Program-made: the position numbers and the translations under genes
The notes under the pieces: generated by a model
What the model was told of the DNA's origin: nothing
The model's input: only the letters and a program-made list of their open reading frames with translations
Databases searched by the model: none
NCBI GenBank assembly: GCA_964384945.1
Contig: CAYLMK010000004.1
Coordinates: 264,109 to 328,108 of the forward strand
Direction of reading: 5' to 3'
Source of the DNA: an uncultured Thermodesulfobacteriota bacterium
GTDB lineage: Bacteria > Desulfobacterota > DSWW01
Length of the DNA stretch: 64,000 bases
Shown here: piece by piece, positions 37,050 to 49,738 of the stretch
How the letters are laid out: each line of letters opens with the position of its first letter
How positions within the stretch are numbered: position 1 is the stretch's first letter

Positions 37050-37547
37050 TCAAACCGGGGGCCTTCCGAATCGGACAACGCGGGACGGGTCCGCGAGCCG
37101 ATCCAGAAGCTCCCTCACCGTTGCTCCGATAAGGGGATGCACGAATTCGGGGGCGACTTCGCACAACGGTTCGAGAACGAAACGCCGGACCGCAACGCCG
37201 GGATGCGGAACCGTCAGTTCGGCGTCGGAAAAGACCTCCGAGCCGAAGAAAAGCAGATCGAGGTCCAATGTTCTAGGTCCCCACCGATCTTTTCGAACCC
37301 TGCCGGCCAGGGCTTCCGCCTCCTGGAGAAGATGGAAAAAATCCTTCAATCCGCGTGATGTCTCCACCTGGACCACACAATTGAGGAACCACCCCTGGTC
37401 CGTCCTGCCGAAGGGCTCGGTTTCGTAAAGGGGCGAGCACGCCCGGATCACATTCCCTTGCCGGGCTCCAATCCAACGAATCGCATCGCGGATCAGGGCC
37501 TCTCGGTCGCCGAGGTTGGAACCGGCTCCCACGGTGGCCAGGTGCAT
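37050..37547 (-). CDS. folK: 2-amino-4-hydroxy-6-hydroxymethyldihydropteridine pyrophosphokinase (HPPK)
   Basis: Motifs GSNLGDR, LYETEP and WGPRTLDLDLL. Confidence 0.85.
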   Translation of the reverse strand: MHLATVGAGSNLGDREALIRDAIRWIGARQGNVIRACSPLYETEPFGRTDQGWFLNCVVQVETSRGLKDFFHLLQEAEALAGRVRKDRWGPRTLDLDLLFFGSEVFSDAELTVPHPGVAVRRFVLEPLCEVAPEFVHPLIGATVRELLDRLADPSRVVRFGRPPV

Positions 37548-37765
37548 GTGCCGACAACCTTCCCAGCGGCGCCTCCACTCCCAGCTATTGGCTAATCGCC
37601 GTCAGCCGTTAGCCATGAACCCTCCCCGCCCGGCTCCCCTCTTGTGCCGATCCTGATGAGGGGTGATGGATGGGTGCTGACAGCTAACAGCGAATGGCTG
37701 ATAGCCGGGAGCCGATAGGCACACGCTTGCTTGCATCAACCAGACGCCTGTCTTCGGCAGCGAAA

Positions 37766-38944
37766 CTACCAGAGTTCCCTCGCCGCCGTCCGCATCCGGA
37801 CCAACGCCTCTTCGAGCTTCGCTTCGCTCTGGGTGAGCGTGATCCGGAAATAACCCTCTCCGTGCTCGCCGAAGCCCACCCCGGGGGTGACGACAACACC
37901 GGCCTCGGCCAGGAGCCTCCCGGCGAATGTTCGGGAGTCCATCCCCGCCGGCACCGGACACCACACATAGAAGGCCGCCCGGGGAACGAACGGGTTCAAC
38001 CCGCAGGACCGGAGGCCCTCGATCACCCTGTCGCGCCGCTTCCGGTAGATCTCGCTCAGCCTCCCGGGGACTTCCCCGTTCCGAACAAGGGCCTCCACTC
38101 CGGCGTACTGGATCGCCTGGAACACCCCGGAATCGATATTGGTCTTGACCTTTCCCAACCCTGCCACTCCCGCCTCGTTGCCCACGCAGAATCCGATCCG
38201 CCATCCCGTCATGTTGAAGGTCTTCGAAAGGGAGTGGACCTCGATTCCGACTTCCTTGGCCCCCTTGGCCTGCAGAAAGCTCGGAGCCTTGTAGCCGTCA
38301 AAGGCGATCTCCGTGTAGGCCGCATCATGGCAGACGAGGATTTCGTGCCGCTTGGCAAAGGAGACCACCTTCTCGAAGAACTCCACGTCCGCCGTGGCCG
38401 CCGTCGGGTTGTTCGGGTAGTTGATGTAGAGGATCTTGGCCCTTCGCGCCGTCTCGACCGGGACGGCCTCCAGGTCCGGCAGGAACCCGTTCTTCTCCTT
38501 CAGGGGCAGACCCACCGCCGTTCCCCCCGCGAAGGAGATGGCGACTTTGTAGACCGGATAGCCCGGATCCGTATAGAGCCCCACATCTCCCGGGTCTACG
38601 AAGGCAAGGGGCAGATGGGCGATCCCCTCCTTGGAGCCGATCAGGCTGACCACCTCGCGGACAGGATCCAGAGACACGCCGAACCGCTTCTCGTACCATT
38701 CCGCAACGGCCCGCCGAAAGGCGGGAAGCCCCTCGTAGCTCGGGTACCGGTGGTTGGCCGCCTCCCCCGCTTCCCGCTTCAGCGCCTCGATGATCGGCCC
38801 GGGCGTGGGCATGTCCGGGTCGCCGATTCCCAGGCTGATCACCTCCTTTCCTTCGGCCTCCAGCTTCGCCTTGGCTCGATCCAGTTCCGCGAACAGATAA
38901 GGCGGCAGATCCAGGATTCGCTTCGCCAGTCTCAACTTGCTCAT
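37766..38944 (-). CDS. Class I/II aminotransferase, LL-diaminopimelate aminotransferase (DapL)-like
   Basis: RBS AAGGAG 6 nt upstream of the ATG at 38944. N-terminus [14 protein letters not shown]...[13 protein letters not shown] is the DapL-type pattern. PLP-Lys region [14 protein letters not shown]. Confidence 0.8.
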   Translation of the reverse strand: MSKLRLAKRILDLPPYLFAELDRAKAKLEAEGKEVISLGIGDPDMPTPGPIIEALKREAGEAANHRYPSYEGLPAFRRAVAEWYEKRFGVSLDPVREVVSLIGSKEGIAHLPLAFVDPGDVGLYTDPGYPVYKVAISFAGGTAVGLPLKEKNGFLPDLEAVPVETARRAKILYINYPNNPTAATADVEFFEKVVSFAKRHEILVCHDAAYTEIAFDGYKAPSFLQAKGAKEVGIEVHSLSKTFNMTGWRIGFCVGNEAGVAGLGKVKTNIDSGVFQAIQYAGVEALVRNGEVPGRLSEIYRKRRDRVIEGLRSCGLNPFVPRAAFYVWCPVPAGMDSRTFAGRLLAEAGVVVTPGVGFGEHGEGYFRITLTQSEAKLEEALVRMRTAARELW

Positions 38945-39143
38945 TCTGTCTCCTTCTCCGCGACTTGCGCCGAGGCGAGAAACGGCTTGTTCCTGCAGGA
39001 CCCTGAACGGGCAACGGGCGATCCGCATCGCCTCGTCGGGGAACGGGCGGCTTCCCGCGCGCCCGGCGGCGGATGCATCCCCCGCCGCCCTCTGGCCGGA
39101 CCGAAGGGCGTCCTTCAGGCCGCGGACCGGCGTTCTCGGCCGG

Positions 39144-39926
39144 TCAGGGAGCGGCCGGACCCTCCTCCCAGGGGGCCACTTCGTTGACGAGGCTTCCGAT
39201 GCCTTGAATCCTGATCTCGACCCGGTCGCCCGGCTCCATCGGGCCGATGCCCGAGGGCGTCCCCGAGGCAATCACGTCTCCAGGATTCAGGGTCATGACC
39301 CAGGAGACGAAATGGACGAGGTGAAAAGGATCGAACACGAGCTGGCGGGTGTTGGAACACTGCTTCCGTACCCCGTTCAGGTACGTTTCGATGTCGAGCG
39401 CGCCCGGCTCCAGGTCGGTCACGATCCAAGGGCCCATCGGCGCGAACGTGTCAAAGCCCTTCGAGCGCGTGAACTGCGTATCGAGTATCTGAAGGTCCCT
39501 TGCCGTCACGTCGTTGAAGCATGTGTACCCGAGGATGTATTCCCCCGCCGCTTCTCTTCGGATTCGGAAGGCGCGCCTTCCGACCACGATTCCCAGCTCC
39601 CCCTCATAGTCCACGCGCTTGCTCATCTCCGGGAATCGGATCTTCTGCCCGGGCCCGATGACCGCCGTGTTCGGCATGAGGAACAGCATGGGTTCTTTGG
39701 GCAGTTCGAGCCCCACCTCCTCTGCGTGATCCCGGTAATTGAGACCGATTCCGACGACCTTGGAAGGCTCGCAAGGGGCAAGCAGCTCCACATCCGCAAG
39801 GCGGAAACGCTCCTTGCCGCGCATCAGGCCCTCGAAAGGGGGGGCCTCCAACGACTGAATCTCGTCCCGATCGCCCAGGATGCCGTATCGAGGCTCGCCG
39901 TCCGCAAGGAATCGAACGATGCGCAT
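39144..39926 (-). CDS. Fumarylacetoacetate hydrolase (FAH) family protein (2-keto-4-pentenoate hydratase-like)
   Basis: RBS AGGGGAG upstream. Motifs [23 protein letters not shown] and [15 protein letters not shown]. Confidence 0.8.
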   Translation of the reverse strand: MRIVRFLADGEPRYGILGDRDEIQSLEAPPFEGLMRGKERFRLADVELLAPCEPSKVVGIGLNYRDHAEEVGLELPKEPMLFLMPNTAVIGPGQKIRFPEMSKRVDYEGELGIVVGRRAFRIRREAAGEYILGYTCFNDVTARDLQILDTQFTRSKGFDTFAPMGPWIVTDLEPGALDIETYLNGVRKQCSNTRQLVFDPFHLVHFVSWVMTLNPGDVIASGTPSGIGPMEPGDRVEIRIQGIGSLVNEVAPWEEGPAAP

Positions 39927-40179
39927 ATCGGCTCCCCTGATCCTCCGCGGCTTGTTTTCGATCCTATTGAGCAAACTTACGACTGCCCTGTATAACGTAA
40001 GCCGGCCGAGAAATCAACGAAAGGGGGGAGCGGGCAACGGAGGGCTGCGCGCTTCTTTTATTTTGCCCCTCCGGATGTTATGATCTTCCGTTCTTTCTCC
40101 CAGACCGGGAGAGCCTTTCCCTCGGGCCCCAAAACGAGCCGGGGTCGGGCGCTCCGCGGCAGCCTCGAGAGACAGGGAT

Positions 40180-43032
40180 ATGGGATCGCAAGAAAACGAA
40201 AACGGGTCAAAAAGCTACAAATCCACGCTGAATCTCCCTCAGACCGATTTCCCCATGAAGGCCCGGCTGAGCCAGAGGGAACCGGAACTCCTCGAACGCT
40301 GGGAGAAGGACCGCCTGTACAACCGAATACGGGAGAAGGCGAGGGGAAGAGAAAAATTCATCCTCCACGACGGGCCCCCTTACGCCAACGGAAGCATCCA
40401 TCTGGGAACCGCACTGAACAAGATCCTCAAGGATATCATTGTCAAGGCTCGATTCATGCAAGGATGGGACAGCACCTACGTGCCGGGATGGGACTGTCAC
40501 GGGCTGCCCATCGAGCATCAGGTGGACAAGCTGCTCGGAGACCGGAAGAAGGAACTGCCCATAGCCTCCATCCGACAGGAGTGCAGGGCCTATGCAACCC
40601 GGTTCATCGGGCTTCAGAGGGAGCAGTTCAGGAGGCTGGGGGTTCTGGGCGTCTGGGAGGATCCCTATCTCACCATGAACCCCGGCTACGTGGCCCAGAT
40701 CGTCCGCGAGTTCGCAACCCTCGCGGACAAGGGGAGCGTCTACCGGGGCAGAAAGCCCATCTACTGGTGCGCCCAGTGCAGAACCGCCCTGGCGGAGGCG
40801 GAGGTGGAATACCACGATCACACCTCGCCTTCGATTTACGTCCGATTTCCTCTGGTCTCGGATGCGCCCGGCTTCCCGGAAGATCTCCCCAAGGAGAAGA
40901 CCTCGGTCCTGATCTGGACCACGACTCCGTGGACGATCCCCGCCAACCTGGCCATCGCCTTCCATCCGGCTTACGCGTATGCGGCAATCCGGGTTCCGGA
41001 CGGGCGCTGCTTCGTGATGGCAGAGGAACTCGTAGAAAAGGTGATGAGGGATCTCGGGTTTGCTTCCTACGAGAAGCTGGGAAGCTCGGCGGGAAGCCGG
41101 TGGGAAGGGCTTCGGTGCCGTCATCCATTCTACGAACGCGACTCCCTGATCGTACTGGGGGATTACGTCACCCTGGAGCAGGGAACGGGTTGCGTCCACA
41201 CAGCACCCGGCCACGGTCAGGAAGACTTCGAAGCCGGTCTGCGCTACGGGCTGGAGGCGCTGGCGCCGGTGGACGACGAGGGGAGGTTCACGAGGCAAGC
41301 CCCTCCCTTCGAGGGCCAGTTCGTCTTCGACGCGGACCGGAACGTGACGGCCCTGCTGCGAGAAAAGGGGGCCCTGCTTAAGGAAGACCGCCTGACGCAT
41401 TCCTACCCGCATTGTTGGAGGTGCAAACAGCCGATCCTCTACCGGGCGACCGAGCAGTGGTTCATCTCGATGGAGGCGAACGGACTGCGCCGGACGGCCC
41501 TGGAAAGCATCATGAACGTAACCTGGATCCCCTATTGGGGCCGGGAGCGCATCTACGCCATGATCGAGAACCGGCCGGACTGGTGCATCTCCCGGCAAAG
41601 GTCCTGGGGCGTGCCCATCATCGCCTTCCACTGCGCCTCCTGCAAAGAGATCTTGCTCGACGGGGCGGTGATCCGGCGCGTGGCGGATCGGTTCGAACGG
41701 GACGGTTCGGACTGTTGGTTCTCCGACCCCGCCGAAGCCTTCCTGCCGACGGACGCGTCCTGCAAGAAGTGCGGCGGGACCTCTTTCCTCAAGGACAACA
41801 ACATCTTGGACGTGTGGTTCGACTCCGGCGTCAGCTTCGCCGCCGTACTGCTCCGGCGCCCGGAACTCGCCTACCCGGCCGATATGTATCTGGAAGGAAG
41901 CGACCAGCACAGGGGCTGGTTTCATTCCTCCTTGCTCGCATCGGTCGGCACGCGGGGAACCGCCCCCTACCGAAGCGTGCTGACACACGGCTTCGTGGTC
42001 GACGGCAAGGGAAGAAAGATGTCCAAATCCCTGGGAAACATCATCGACCCCATGGAGCTGACCTCCCGATACGGGGCGGAGATCATTCGGATGTGGGTCT
42101 CCGCAGAGGATTACCGGGACGATATCCGGATTTCCGAAGAGATCCTCACCCGACTTTCGGAATCGTATCGAAAGATCCGCAACACGGCTCGTTTCATGCT
42201 CGGAAATCTGTACGATTTTGAACCCGGGCGCCACCGCATTCCGGTCCGCGATAGGTCGGAGCTCGATCGCTGGGCCATGCTTCGCCTGGCACGCCTGATC
42301 GACAGGCTCCGGCAGGCCTACGATCGATACGAGTTCCATGTCGTGTACCACCGTTCCCTGGAGTTCTGCGTTGTGGACATGAGTTCCCTTTACCTGGACG
42401 TGCTCAAGGAAGTCCTCTACGTCTCCGCACCGGACAATCCGGACAGGCGGTCGGCGCAGACCACCCTTTACGAAATCCTGCACGCCCTGAGCCGCCTGCT
42501 TGCACCGATCCTGTCTTTCACCACCGAGGACATCTGGCAGCGGATCCCGGAACACGAGGGCAAACCGGAGAGCGTCCACCTGTGCCCCATGCCGGAGGCG
42601 GACCCCGCCTGGGAGGATTCCGCTCTGGAGGAGCGATGGGACAGGATCCTCCTTTTCCGGCAGGAGGTCTCGAAGGCGCTGGAAATCGCCAGGATGGAGA
42701 AGAAGATCGGGCACGCCCTGGACGCATGGGTGCGCGTGGCACCCCCCGGGGCGTGGGCCGAATTCCTGGAGACCTTCCCGTTTTCGCTGCGCCAGCTGTG
42801 CATCGTCTCGGAAGTCAGCCTCGAAGGCCGCCTGGAGGGGGAGGGCGCCTTCCAGAGCCAGGAAATCCCGGGGCTCGCGATCCGGGTTGACAGGGCGCGC
42901 GGAGAGAAGTGCAGCCGCTGTTGGGTCTACTGCACCTCCGTGGGCGGCGATTCCTCCAACCCGTCCGTCTGCGGGCGATGTGCCAAGGAGCTGAGAAGAA
43001 TTCCCGGCCGGGGTGTAGGAGGGCATCGTTGA
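40180..43032 (+). CDS. ileS: Isoleucine--tRNA ligase
   Basis: Class I HIGH-like motif [27 protein letters not shown] motif. C-terminal zinc-binding Cys cluster. 950 aa. Confidence 0.95.
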   Translation: MGSQENENGSKSYKSTLNLPQTDFPMKARLSQREPELLERWEKDRLYNRIREKARGREKFILHDGPPYANGSIHLGTALNKILKDIIVKARFMQGWDSTYVPGWDCHGLPIEHQVDKLLGDRKKELPIASIRQECRAYATRFIGLQREQFRRLGVLGVWEDPYLTMNPGYVAQIVREFATLADKGSVYRGRKPIYWCAQCRTALAEAEVEYHDHTSPSIYVRFPLVSDAPGFPEDLPKEKTSVLIWTTTPWTIPANLAIAFHPAYAYAAIRVPDGRCFVMAEELVEKVMRDLGFASYEKLGSSAGSRWEGLRCRHPFYERDSLIVLGDYVTLEQGTGCVHTAPGHGQEDFEAGLRYGLEALAPVDDEGRFTRQAPPFEGQFVFDADRNVTALLREKGALLKEDRLTHSYPHCWRCKQPILYRATEQWFISMEANGLRRTALESIMNVTWIPYWGRERIYAMIENRPDWCISRQRSWGVPIIAFHCASCKEILLDGAVIRRVADRFERDGSDCWFSDPAEAFLPTDASCKKCGGTSFLKDNNILDVWFDSGVSFAAVLLRRPELAYPADMYLEGSDQHRGWFHSSLLASVGTRGTAPYRSVLTHGFVVDGKGRKMSKSLGNIIDPMELTSRYGAEIIRMWVSAEDYRDDIRISEEILTRLSESYRKIRNTARFMLGNLYDFEPGRHRIPVRDRSELDRWAMLRLARLIDRLRQAYDRYEFHVVYHRSLEFCVVDMSSLYLDVLKEVLYVSAPDNPDRRSAQTTLYEILHALSRLLAPILSFTTEDIWQRIPEHEGKPESVHLCPMPEADPAWEDSALEERWDRILLFRQEVSKALEIARMEKKIGHALDAWVRVAPPGAWAEFLETFPFSLRQLCIVSEVSLEGRLEGEGAFQSQEIPGLAIRVDRARGEKCSRCWVYCTSVGGDSSNPSVCGRCAKELRRIPGRGVGGHR

Positions 43033-43052
43033 GTCGGCAGAGGCGATACGCC

Positions 43053-43535
43053 ATGCTCGTGGGCGTTGCAGGCCTGGTCGTCCTGGTTGACCAGATCACA
43101 AAGGTCTGGGTCGACAGGACCATGAGGATCTATGAAAGCGTGCCCATCGTTCCCGGGCTGTTCGATCTCCATTACATCCGGAACACGGGCGCCGCGTTCG
43201 GGTTCCTGAGCGGCAGTCATGCCGGATTTCGCATTCCTTTTTTCATCCTCGTCTCGACCGTAGCGATCGGCATCATCCTCTTCCTGTTTCACAAGCTTGA
43301 GGAATCCGAGGTGATGATGCCCCTGGCCCTTTCCCTGGTTCTCGGGGGCGCGCTCGGGAACCTGATCGACCGCATCCGGTTCGGCGAGGTCATTGACTTC
43401 CTCTTGATTCATTACAGGGCCTTCCACTGGCCGGCCTTCAATGTCGCCGACATCGGCATCACGGTGGGAGTCTTCCTGCTGGTGCTCCGGATCTTCCTGC
43501 TCGACAAGAGACAGCCCGTGAAGTCCGCCCCCTGA
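43053..43535 (+). CDS. lspA: Lipoprotein signal peptidase (signal peptidase II)
   Basis: Motifs FGFLSGSH, NTGAAFG and FNVADIGITVG. Immediately follows ileS. An alternative TTG start at 43029 overlaps the ileS stop. Confidence 0.85.
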   Translation: MLVGVAGLVVLVDQITKVWVDRTMRIYESVPIVPGLFDLHYIRNTGAAFGFLSGSHAGFRIPFFILVSTVAIGIILFLFHKLEESEVMMPLALSLVLGGALGNLIDRIRFGEVIDFLLIHYRAFHWPAFNVADIGITVGVFLLVLRIFLLDKRQPVKSAP

Positions 43536-43582
43536 GGGCTGCTTTCCGGTCCGGCAAGGCACAAAAAATCTTCAGGCCGCAC

Positions 43583-43610
43583 TTGACATGCTTACGGAAA
43601 TGATTATCTT
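43583..43610 (+). promoter_or_regulatory. Sigma70-like promoter (TTGACA-16 nt-TATCTT) of the groESL operon
   Basis: cacTTGACAtgcttacggaaatgatTATCTTagc, immediately upstream of the CIRCE element. Confidence 0.4.
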
Positions 43611-43618
43611 AGCGAATC

Positions 43619-43645
43619 TTAGCAGTCGAGCTTCGCGATTGCTAA
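43619..43645. promoter_or_regulatory. CIRCE element (HrcA operator): TTAGCAGTC-N9-GATTGCTAA
   Basis: Near-perfect match to the CIRCE consensus TTAGCACTC-N9-GAGTGCTAA. Lies about 170 nt upstream of groES. Confidence 0.7.
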
Positions 43646-43812
43646 GAAGCAACTTCAACTATTGGTAATCCTTATGGTTTCCTCATGGAACGATACAGGT
43701 TATCTGTGAGAAGACCTGTTTCATTCGATCCATGTGCATCCGCATTGGGGCCGAACGCCGTTCGACCAACACATCAAAAAACAGCAAACTGCAAGAAAAG
43801 GAGGCGCAGCAA

Positions 43813-44103
43813 ATGAAGATCAGACCGCTCGGAGACAGAATCCTGGTCAAGAGGATCGAGGAAGATGAGAAGTCCAAGGGAGGGATCATCATCCCCGACA
43901 CCGCCAAGGAAAAGCCCCAGGAGGGAAAGGTCGTTGCCGTGGGCAAGGGAAAGATGCTCGAGGACGGCAAGGTGGTCCCTCTGGAGGTAAAGGAGGGAGA
44001 CCGGATCCTTTTCGGCAAGTACGCCGGATCGGATGTGAAGATCGAGGGGGAAGAATTCCTCATCATGAGGGAAGACGACGTGCTGGGTATCATCCAAAAA
44101 TAG
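43813..44103 (+). CDS. groES: Co-chaperonin GroES
   Basis: RBS AAGGAGG 8 nt upstream. [44 protein letters not shown]. Confidence 0.95.
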   Translation: MKIRPLGDRILVKRIEEDEKSKGGIIIPDTAKEKPQEGKVVAVGKGKMLEDGKVVPLEVKEGDRILFGKYAGSDVKIEGEEFLIMREDDVLGIIQK

Positions 44104-44186
44104 GGGAAGGCGCATCGGCGCGATAGACTTCATCCGCTCTGTTCCACGAAAGGCTGAGCCCGAAGGAAAAAGAAACGGAGGTGTAA

Positions 44187-45830
<1,644 letters not shown>

Positions 45831-45849
45831 ACCCGAACCCTGCTCGCTT

Positions 45850-45898
45850 GGAAGACAACAAAGGTCCTTCCGGACGATTTTCCTCCCGGAAGGACCTT
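45850..45898 (+). terminator. Rho-independent terminator of groESL (14-bp stem aaaggtccttccgg/ccggaaggaccttt plus CTCTTTTT)
   Basis: Perfect inverted repeat followed by a T-tract, 20 nt after the groEL stop. Confidence 0.7.
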
Positions 45899-45933
45899 TC
45901 TCTTTTTGGAAGTTGCGCCGAAGATTGGGGAAG

Positions 45934-46590
45934 TCAGAAGCGGGGACCCGAGCCGTGGCCTCCCACCGCCGGTGGGGGTGCCTGGGGCGGCGGGGCGCTC
46001 AATCCGCGTATGGCGACCGCCTCGCAAGAGGCGCTCAGCAGGAGCAAGGGAAGGATGATGCATGCGTAAGCGTGAATCCGCACCGCGATCCCCTGCAGAT
46101 AGTCCGTGCGATCGGCCGTGACCTCCTGCCCAAGGCCGATCCCCATCGCGATGGAATACCAGAAACAGGGGAGTTCCAGGATGACGACCGCCGCTCCGCA
46201 CAGGCCGGCGATCCATTTGGCCGGTTTCCGAGGATCGTCCGCTGACAGGGCCGGATCGTTCGTCTCACCCGCAACGAACAGAATCACGGCAAGGTTGTAC
46301 CCCGTCCACACGGAGATGGCCGCCGGGAATGCCGGATGCACCCCGGAGGCCATGTACAGGAACATGAGGGTTCCGTTGCATCCGAAGATCACGGAGGCGA
46401 GCCGTGTCATGCCGGGGTGTTTGCCGAGCATCCGAAGAACCGTGCGGAGCAGCGCAAGGGGCAGCCACGTCCATCGGGCCGAGCCGAACTTGACCGCTGG
46501 GAAGGCGAACAGGGCTCCGACCAGAAACAGCAAGGCGGCCCGCAGTGCAAGGCCGAAATGTTCCTGAAAAACGAAGGAGACGATGTTCAT
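45934..46590 (-). CDS. Hypothetical polytopic membrane protein (about 218 aa)
   Basis: Six hydrophobic segments. Weak RBS. The upstream part of the ORF is low-complexity, so the internal ATG at 46590 was chosen. Confidence 0.45.
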   Translation of the reverse strand: MNIVSFVFQEHFGLALRAALLFLVGALFAFPAVKFGSARWTWLPLALLRTVLRMLGKHPGMTRLASVIFGCNGTLMFLYMASGVHPAFPAAISVWTGYNLAVILFVAGETNDPALSADDPRKPAKWIAGLCGAAVVILELPCFWYSIAMGIGLGQEVTADRTDYLQGIAVRIHAYACIILPLLLLSASCEAVAIRGLSAPPPQAPPPAVGGHGSGPRF

Positions 46591-46798
46591 CGCGTCCCCG
46601 GGCACTGAGGATCGTTTCCGTGACTCCTTTCCCCGGACTGTAACAGACATCCCGGACGCCGGACAACAGAGAATTCGCCCCAAGGGGCGTCTGCGGATTC
46701 TGTTGACGCGCATCTCGCCTCGACGTTATCATGCCGTCGAACACGGGCGGTGCGGTCCGGTCGGCAAAGAAACCCTTTTGGGAAAAGAAAGAATCTCT

Positions 46799-47620
46799 AT
46801 GGCGGAAACCGACAAATCCGAACGTACCCTTGCGGTGTTCTTCGACTTCGAGAACCTCGCCCTCGGGCTCAAAGAAAGGAAGGAGGGACAATTCGACATT
46901 CGGAAGGTCCTGGAAAGGCTCGTGGAGAAGGGCAAGATCGTCACCAAGAAGGCATACGCAGACTGGAGCCGGTATTCGGGCTACAAGAACGCCTTTCATT
47001 CCGCCGGCGTGGAGCTGATCGAGATCCCCAAGCGGTCCATGACCGGAAAGAACTCGGCGGACATCCGGCTTGTGGTCGATGCCCTCGAACTGTCCTTCAC
47101 CAAGGAGCACATCGATTCCTTCGTGATCGTCTCGGGCGACAGCGACTTCTCCCCGCTTGTGGCCAAGCTGAAAGAAAACGGAAAGCACGTGATCGGGCTC
47201 GCAATCAAGGAATCCACCTCCGAGCTGCTGATCACCAGTTGCGACGAGTTCATCTACTATGACGACCTGGAGCGTCCCACCGTCCAGCCGCCACCCATCC
47301 GATCCGATGTGCCCCCGAAGAAGCAGGAGGCCTTCAAGCTTCTGCTGGAGTCGGTCGATGCCCTGATGAGGGAGAACAAGCCGATCCTCTATTCTTCGAT
47401 GGTCAAGGACACCATGAAGCGAAAGATGCCCTCCTTCAACGAAGGGTATTACGGGTACCGGTCCTTCAGCGACCTTCTGGAGGATGCCCACGCCCATGAG
47501 CTGGTCGAGATCCATGTAGATGCCCGCAGCGGGACCTATGTGATCTCCGGGTTCGGCATGCAGAAGAAAAAGAAGAGCGCGAGGAAAAGAAGCCCGCAGC
47601 GGGCACCCGCTTCCCCCTGA
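46799..47620 (+). CDS. NYN-domain (LabA-like) protein with C-terminal OST-HTH/LOTUS domain
   Basis: N-terminal TLAVFFDFENL...IVSGDSDFSPL is the NYN nuclease fold. C-terminal LLLESVDALMRE...YSSMVKDTMKR...YGYRSFSDLLE is the OST-HTH/LOTUS pattern. Lys-rich tail. Confidence 0.75.
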   Translation: MAETDKSERTLAVFFDFENLALGLKERKEGQFDIRKVLERLVEKGKIVTKKAYADWSRYSGYKNAFHSAGVELIEIPKRSMTGKNSADIRLVVDALELSFTKEHIDSFVIVSGDSDFSPLVAKLKENGKHVIGLAIKESTSELLITSCDEFIYYDDLERPTVQPPPIRSDVPPKKQEAFKLLLESVDALMRENKPILYSSMVKDTMKRKMPSFNEGYYGYRSFSDLLEDAHAHELVEIHVDARSGTYVISGFGMQKKKKSARKRSPQRAPASP

Positions 47621-47685
47621 ACCAACCCATGGATCCAATCCCCGGCGATCCGCAACTTCCGCCGCATGCACAAGGAGGGTATTCC

Positions 47686-49686
47686 ATGTTTCCCCTGCTT
47701 TTTGCACCGATTCGGCTCGGCAAGATCGAGGCAAAGAACCGCATCCTGATGCCTTCCCTGGGAACGCTGTTCTCCATGGACCAGAAGCTCAACGAGCGCC
47801 ACATTCGATTTTACGAGCGGCGGGCAGAGGGCGGCGCCGGGATCATCGTCGCCGGTCCTGTGGGCGTGGACTTCCTCGGATCCGGTGTGATCGCCCTCTC
47901 GCTCAGGGACGATTCCTTCATCCCGGACTTCAACGAGCTGGCCCGGCGGGTGCACGCCAAGGGGGCAAGGCTGATGGTGCAGCTCTTCCATGGCGGCCGG
48001 TACACCTTCTCGTTCATGATCGAGGGGCAGCAGGCCATCGCTCCTTCCGCTGTCCGGTCCCGCTACACGGGTGAAGAGCCGAGGGAGATGACCCTCGAGG
48101 ACATCGCCATGGTTCAGGACGCCTTCGCGCAGGCGGCGCGGCGCGCCAGGGAGGCGGGCATCGACGGCGTGGAGATCATCGGATCGGCAGGCTACCTGAT
48201 CAGCCAGTTTCTCTCGCCGGTCACCAACCAGCGGACCGATGCATACGGCGGCTCCTTCGAGAACCGGGCCCGCTTTGCGGTGGAGACCATTCGGAAGGTA
48301 CGCGCCGCGGTCGGAGAGGACTACACTGTCACGATCCGCGTGGCCGGCAACGACTTCGTCCGCGGGGGGAACACGAACGAGGAGTCGGCCCGGTACTGCC
48401 GGCTCTTCGAGCAGGCGGGCGTGGACGGGATCAACGTGACCGGAGGATGGCACGAGGCCTTCGTTTCCCAGCTCACGATGGAGGTTCCGCGGGGAGGCTA
48501 CGCTTACCTGGCGGGCGGGATCCGCCGCGCCGTGAACGTACCGGTCATCGCCTCGAACCGCATTACCGATCCGCAGACTGCGGAGAGGATCCTGGCAGAG
48601 GGGATGGCCGACATGGTGGCCCTGGGCCGGGTGCTGATCGCCGATCCGGACTGGCCTCGGAAGGCAAAGGAGGGCAGGCCCGAAGAGATCCGCCCCTGTG
48701 TGGGCTGCATGCAGGGCTGCATGGACCGGATCTTCACGGGTCAGCCCCTGTGCTGCCTCGTCAACGCGGAGGCCGGGCTGGAGGAGGAGCGCGAGATCAA
48801 GCCGGCCTCGCATCCCAAGAGGGTTCTGGTGGTCGGCTCCGGCCCGGCCGGGCTCGAGGCCGCACGCGTTGCGGCCCAGGCAGGCCACAGCGTCGATCTT
48901 TACGAGAAGGCGCCGAAGATCGGGGGCCAGCTCGCCGTTGCGGGAGCGCCTCCGGGCCGGGGCGAATTCCTCGGGCTTGTGGACTATTATGAAGCGTTGC
49001 TTCCCCGCCTCGGGGTGAAGATCCACACGGGAGTGGAACTCGACGTGGACCGAATCAGGAACATTCATCCGGACGAACTGATCGTGGCCGAAGGCGCGGA
49101 ACCGATCCTTCCCAACATCCCCGGCGCGGACCAGCCCTTTGTGATCAGTTCCTGGGAGTTCCTCCAGGCGAACCCGCCGCTGGGCAGAAGAGTGGCCGTC
49201 ATCGGAGGGGGCGCGGTGGGAATGGAGACGGCCATGCAGGTAGCCCGGATCGGGACCATTCCCCCGGACGTACTCGCATTCCTGATGTTCCACAGGGCGG
49301 AGACCGATGAGCGGCTTCACGATCTCCTGCGCAAGGGCACCAAGGAGGTCACGATCTTCGAGATGCTTCCCAAGCCGGGCCAGGATGTAGGAAAATCATC
49401 GCGCTGGATCTGGCTCCATGACCTTCAGGAGCGGCGGGTCCGCATCGTGACCCGGGCCAGGGTGGAGGCCATCGAACCGGGCGAAATCGTCTACACCCTG
49501 GACGGGGAGACCAGGAGGGAACCCTTTGATTCGGTGATCATGGCCGTGGGGTCCAGGCCGAAAAAGGGCCTTTCCGAAGGGCTCCGGCGGGCCGGCATTC
49601 CCTTCCGCTCCGTGGGCGACTGCAACAAGCCCCGGATGATCATCGACGCGGTTCACGAGGGCTACCTCGCCGCCGCGGACCTGTAG
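47686..49686 (+). CDS. 2,4-dienoyl-CoA reductase-like (Old Yellow Enzyme TIM-barrel plus FAD/NAD(P)-binding domain)
   Basis: RBS AAGGAGGG 6 nt upstream of the ATG at 47686. OYE-family features (4Fe-4S motif CVGCMQGCMD). Rossmann VLVVGSGPAGLEAA and IGGGAVGME. Confidence 0.85.
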   Translation: MFPLLFAPIRLGKIEAKNRILMPSLGTLFSMDQKLNERHIRFYERRAEGGAGIIVAGPVGVDFLGSGVIALSLRDDSFIPDFNELARRVHAKGARLMVQLFHGGRYTFSFMIEGQQAIAPSAVRSRYTGEEPREMTLEDIAMVQDAFAQAARRAREAGIDGVEIIGSAGYLISQFLSPVTNQRTDAYGGSFENRARFAVETIRKVRAAVGEDYTVTIRVAGNDFVRGGNTNEESARYCRLFEQAGVDGINVTGGWHEAFVSQLTMEVPRGGYAYLAGGIRRAVNVPVIASNRITDPQTAERILAEGMADMVALGRVLIADPDWPRKAKEGRPEEIRPCVGCMQGCMDRIFTGQPLCCLVNAEAGLEEEREIKPASHPKRVLVVGSGPAGLEAARVAAQAGHSVDLYEKAPKIGGQLAVAGAPPGRGEFLGLVDYYEALLPRLGVKIHTGVELDVDRIRNIHPDELIVAEGAEPILPNIPGADQPFVISSWEFLQANPPLGRRVAVIGGGAVGMETAMQVARIGTIPPDVLAFLMFHRAETDERLHDLLRKGTKEVTIFEMLPKPGQDVGKSSRWIWLHDLQERRVRIVTRARVEAIEPGEIVYTLDGETRREPFDSVIMAVGSRPKKGLSEGLRRAGIPFRSVGDCNKPRMIIDAVHEGYLAAADL

Positions 49687-49738
49687 TTGCCTGCCGGCCC
49701 CCGGCTGTTCCTCAAAGAGCGGAATTCCTCGAAGCGTG

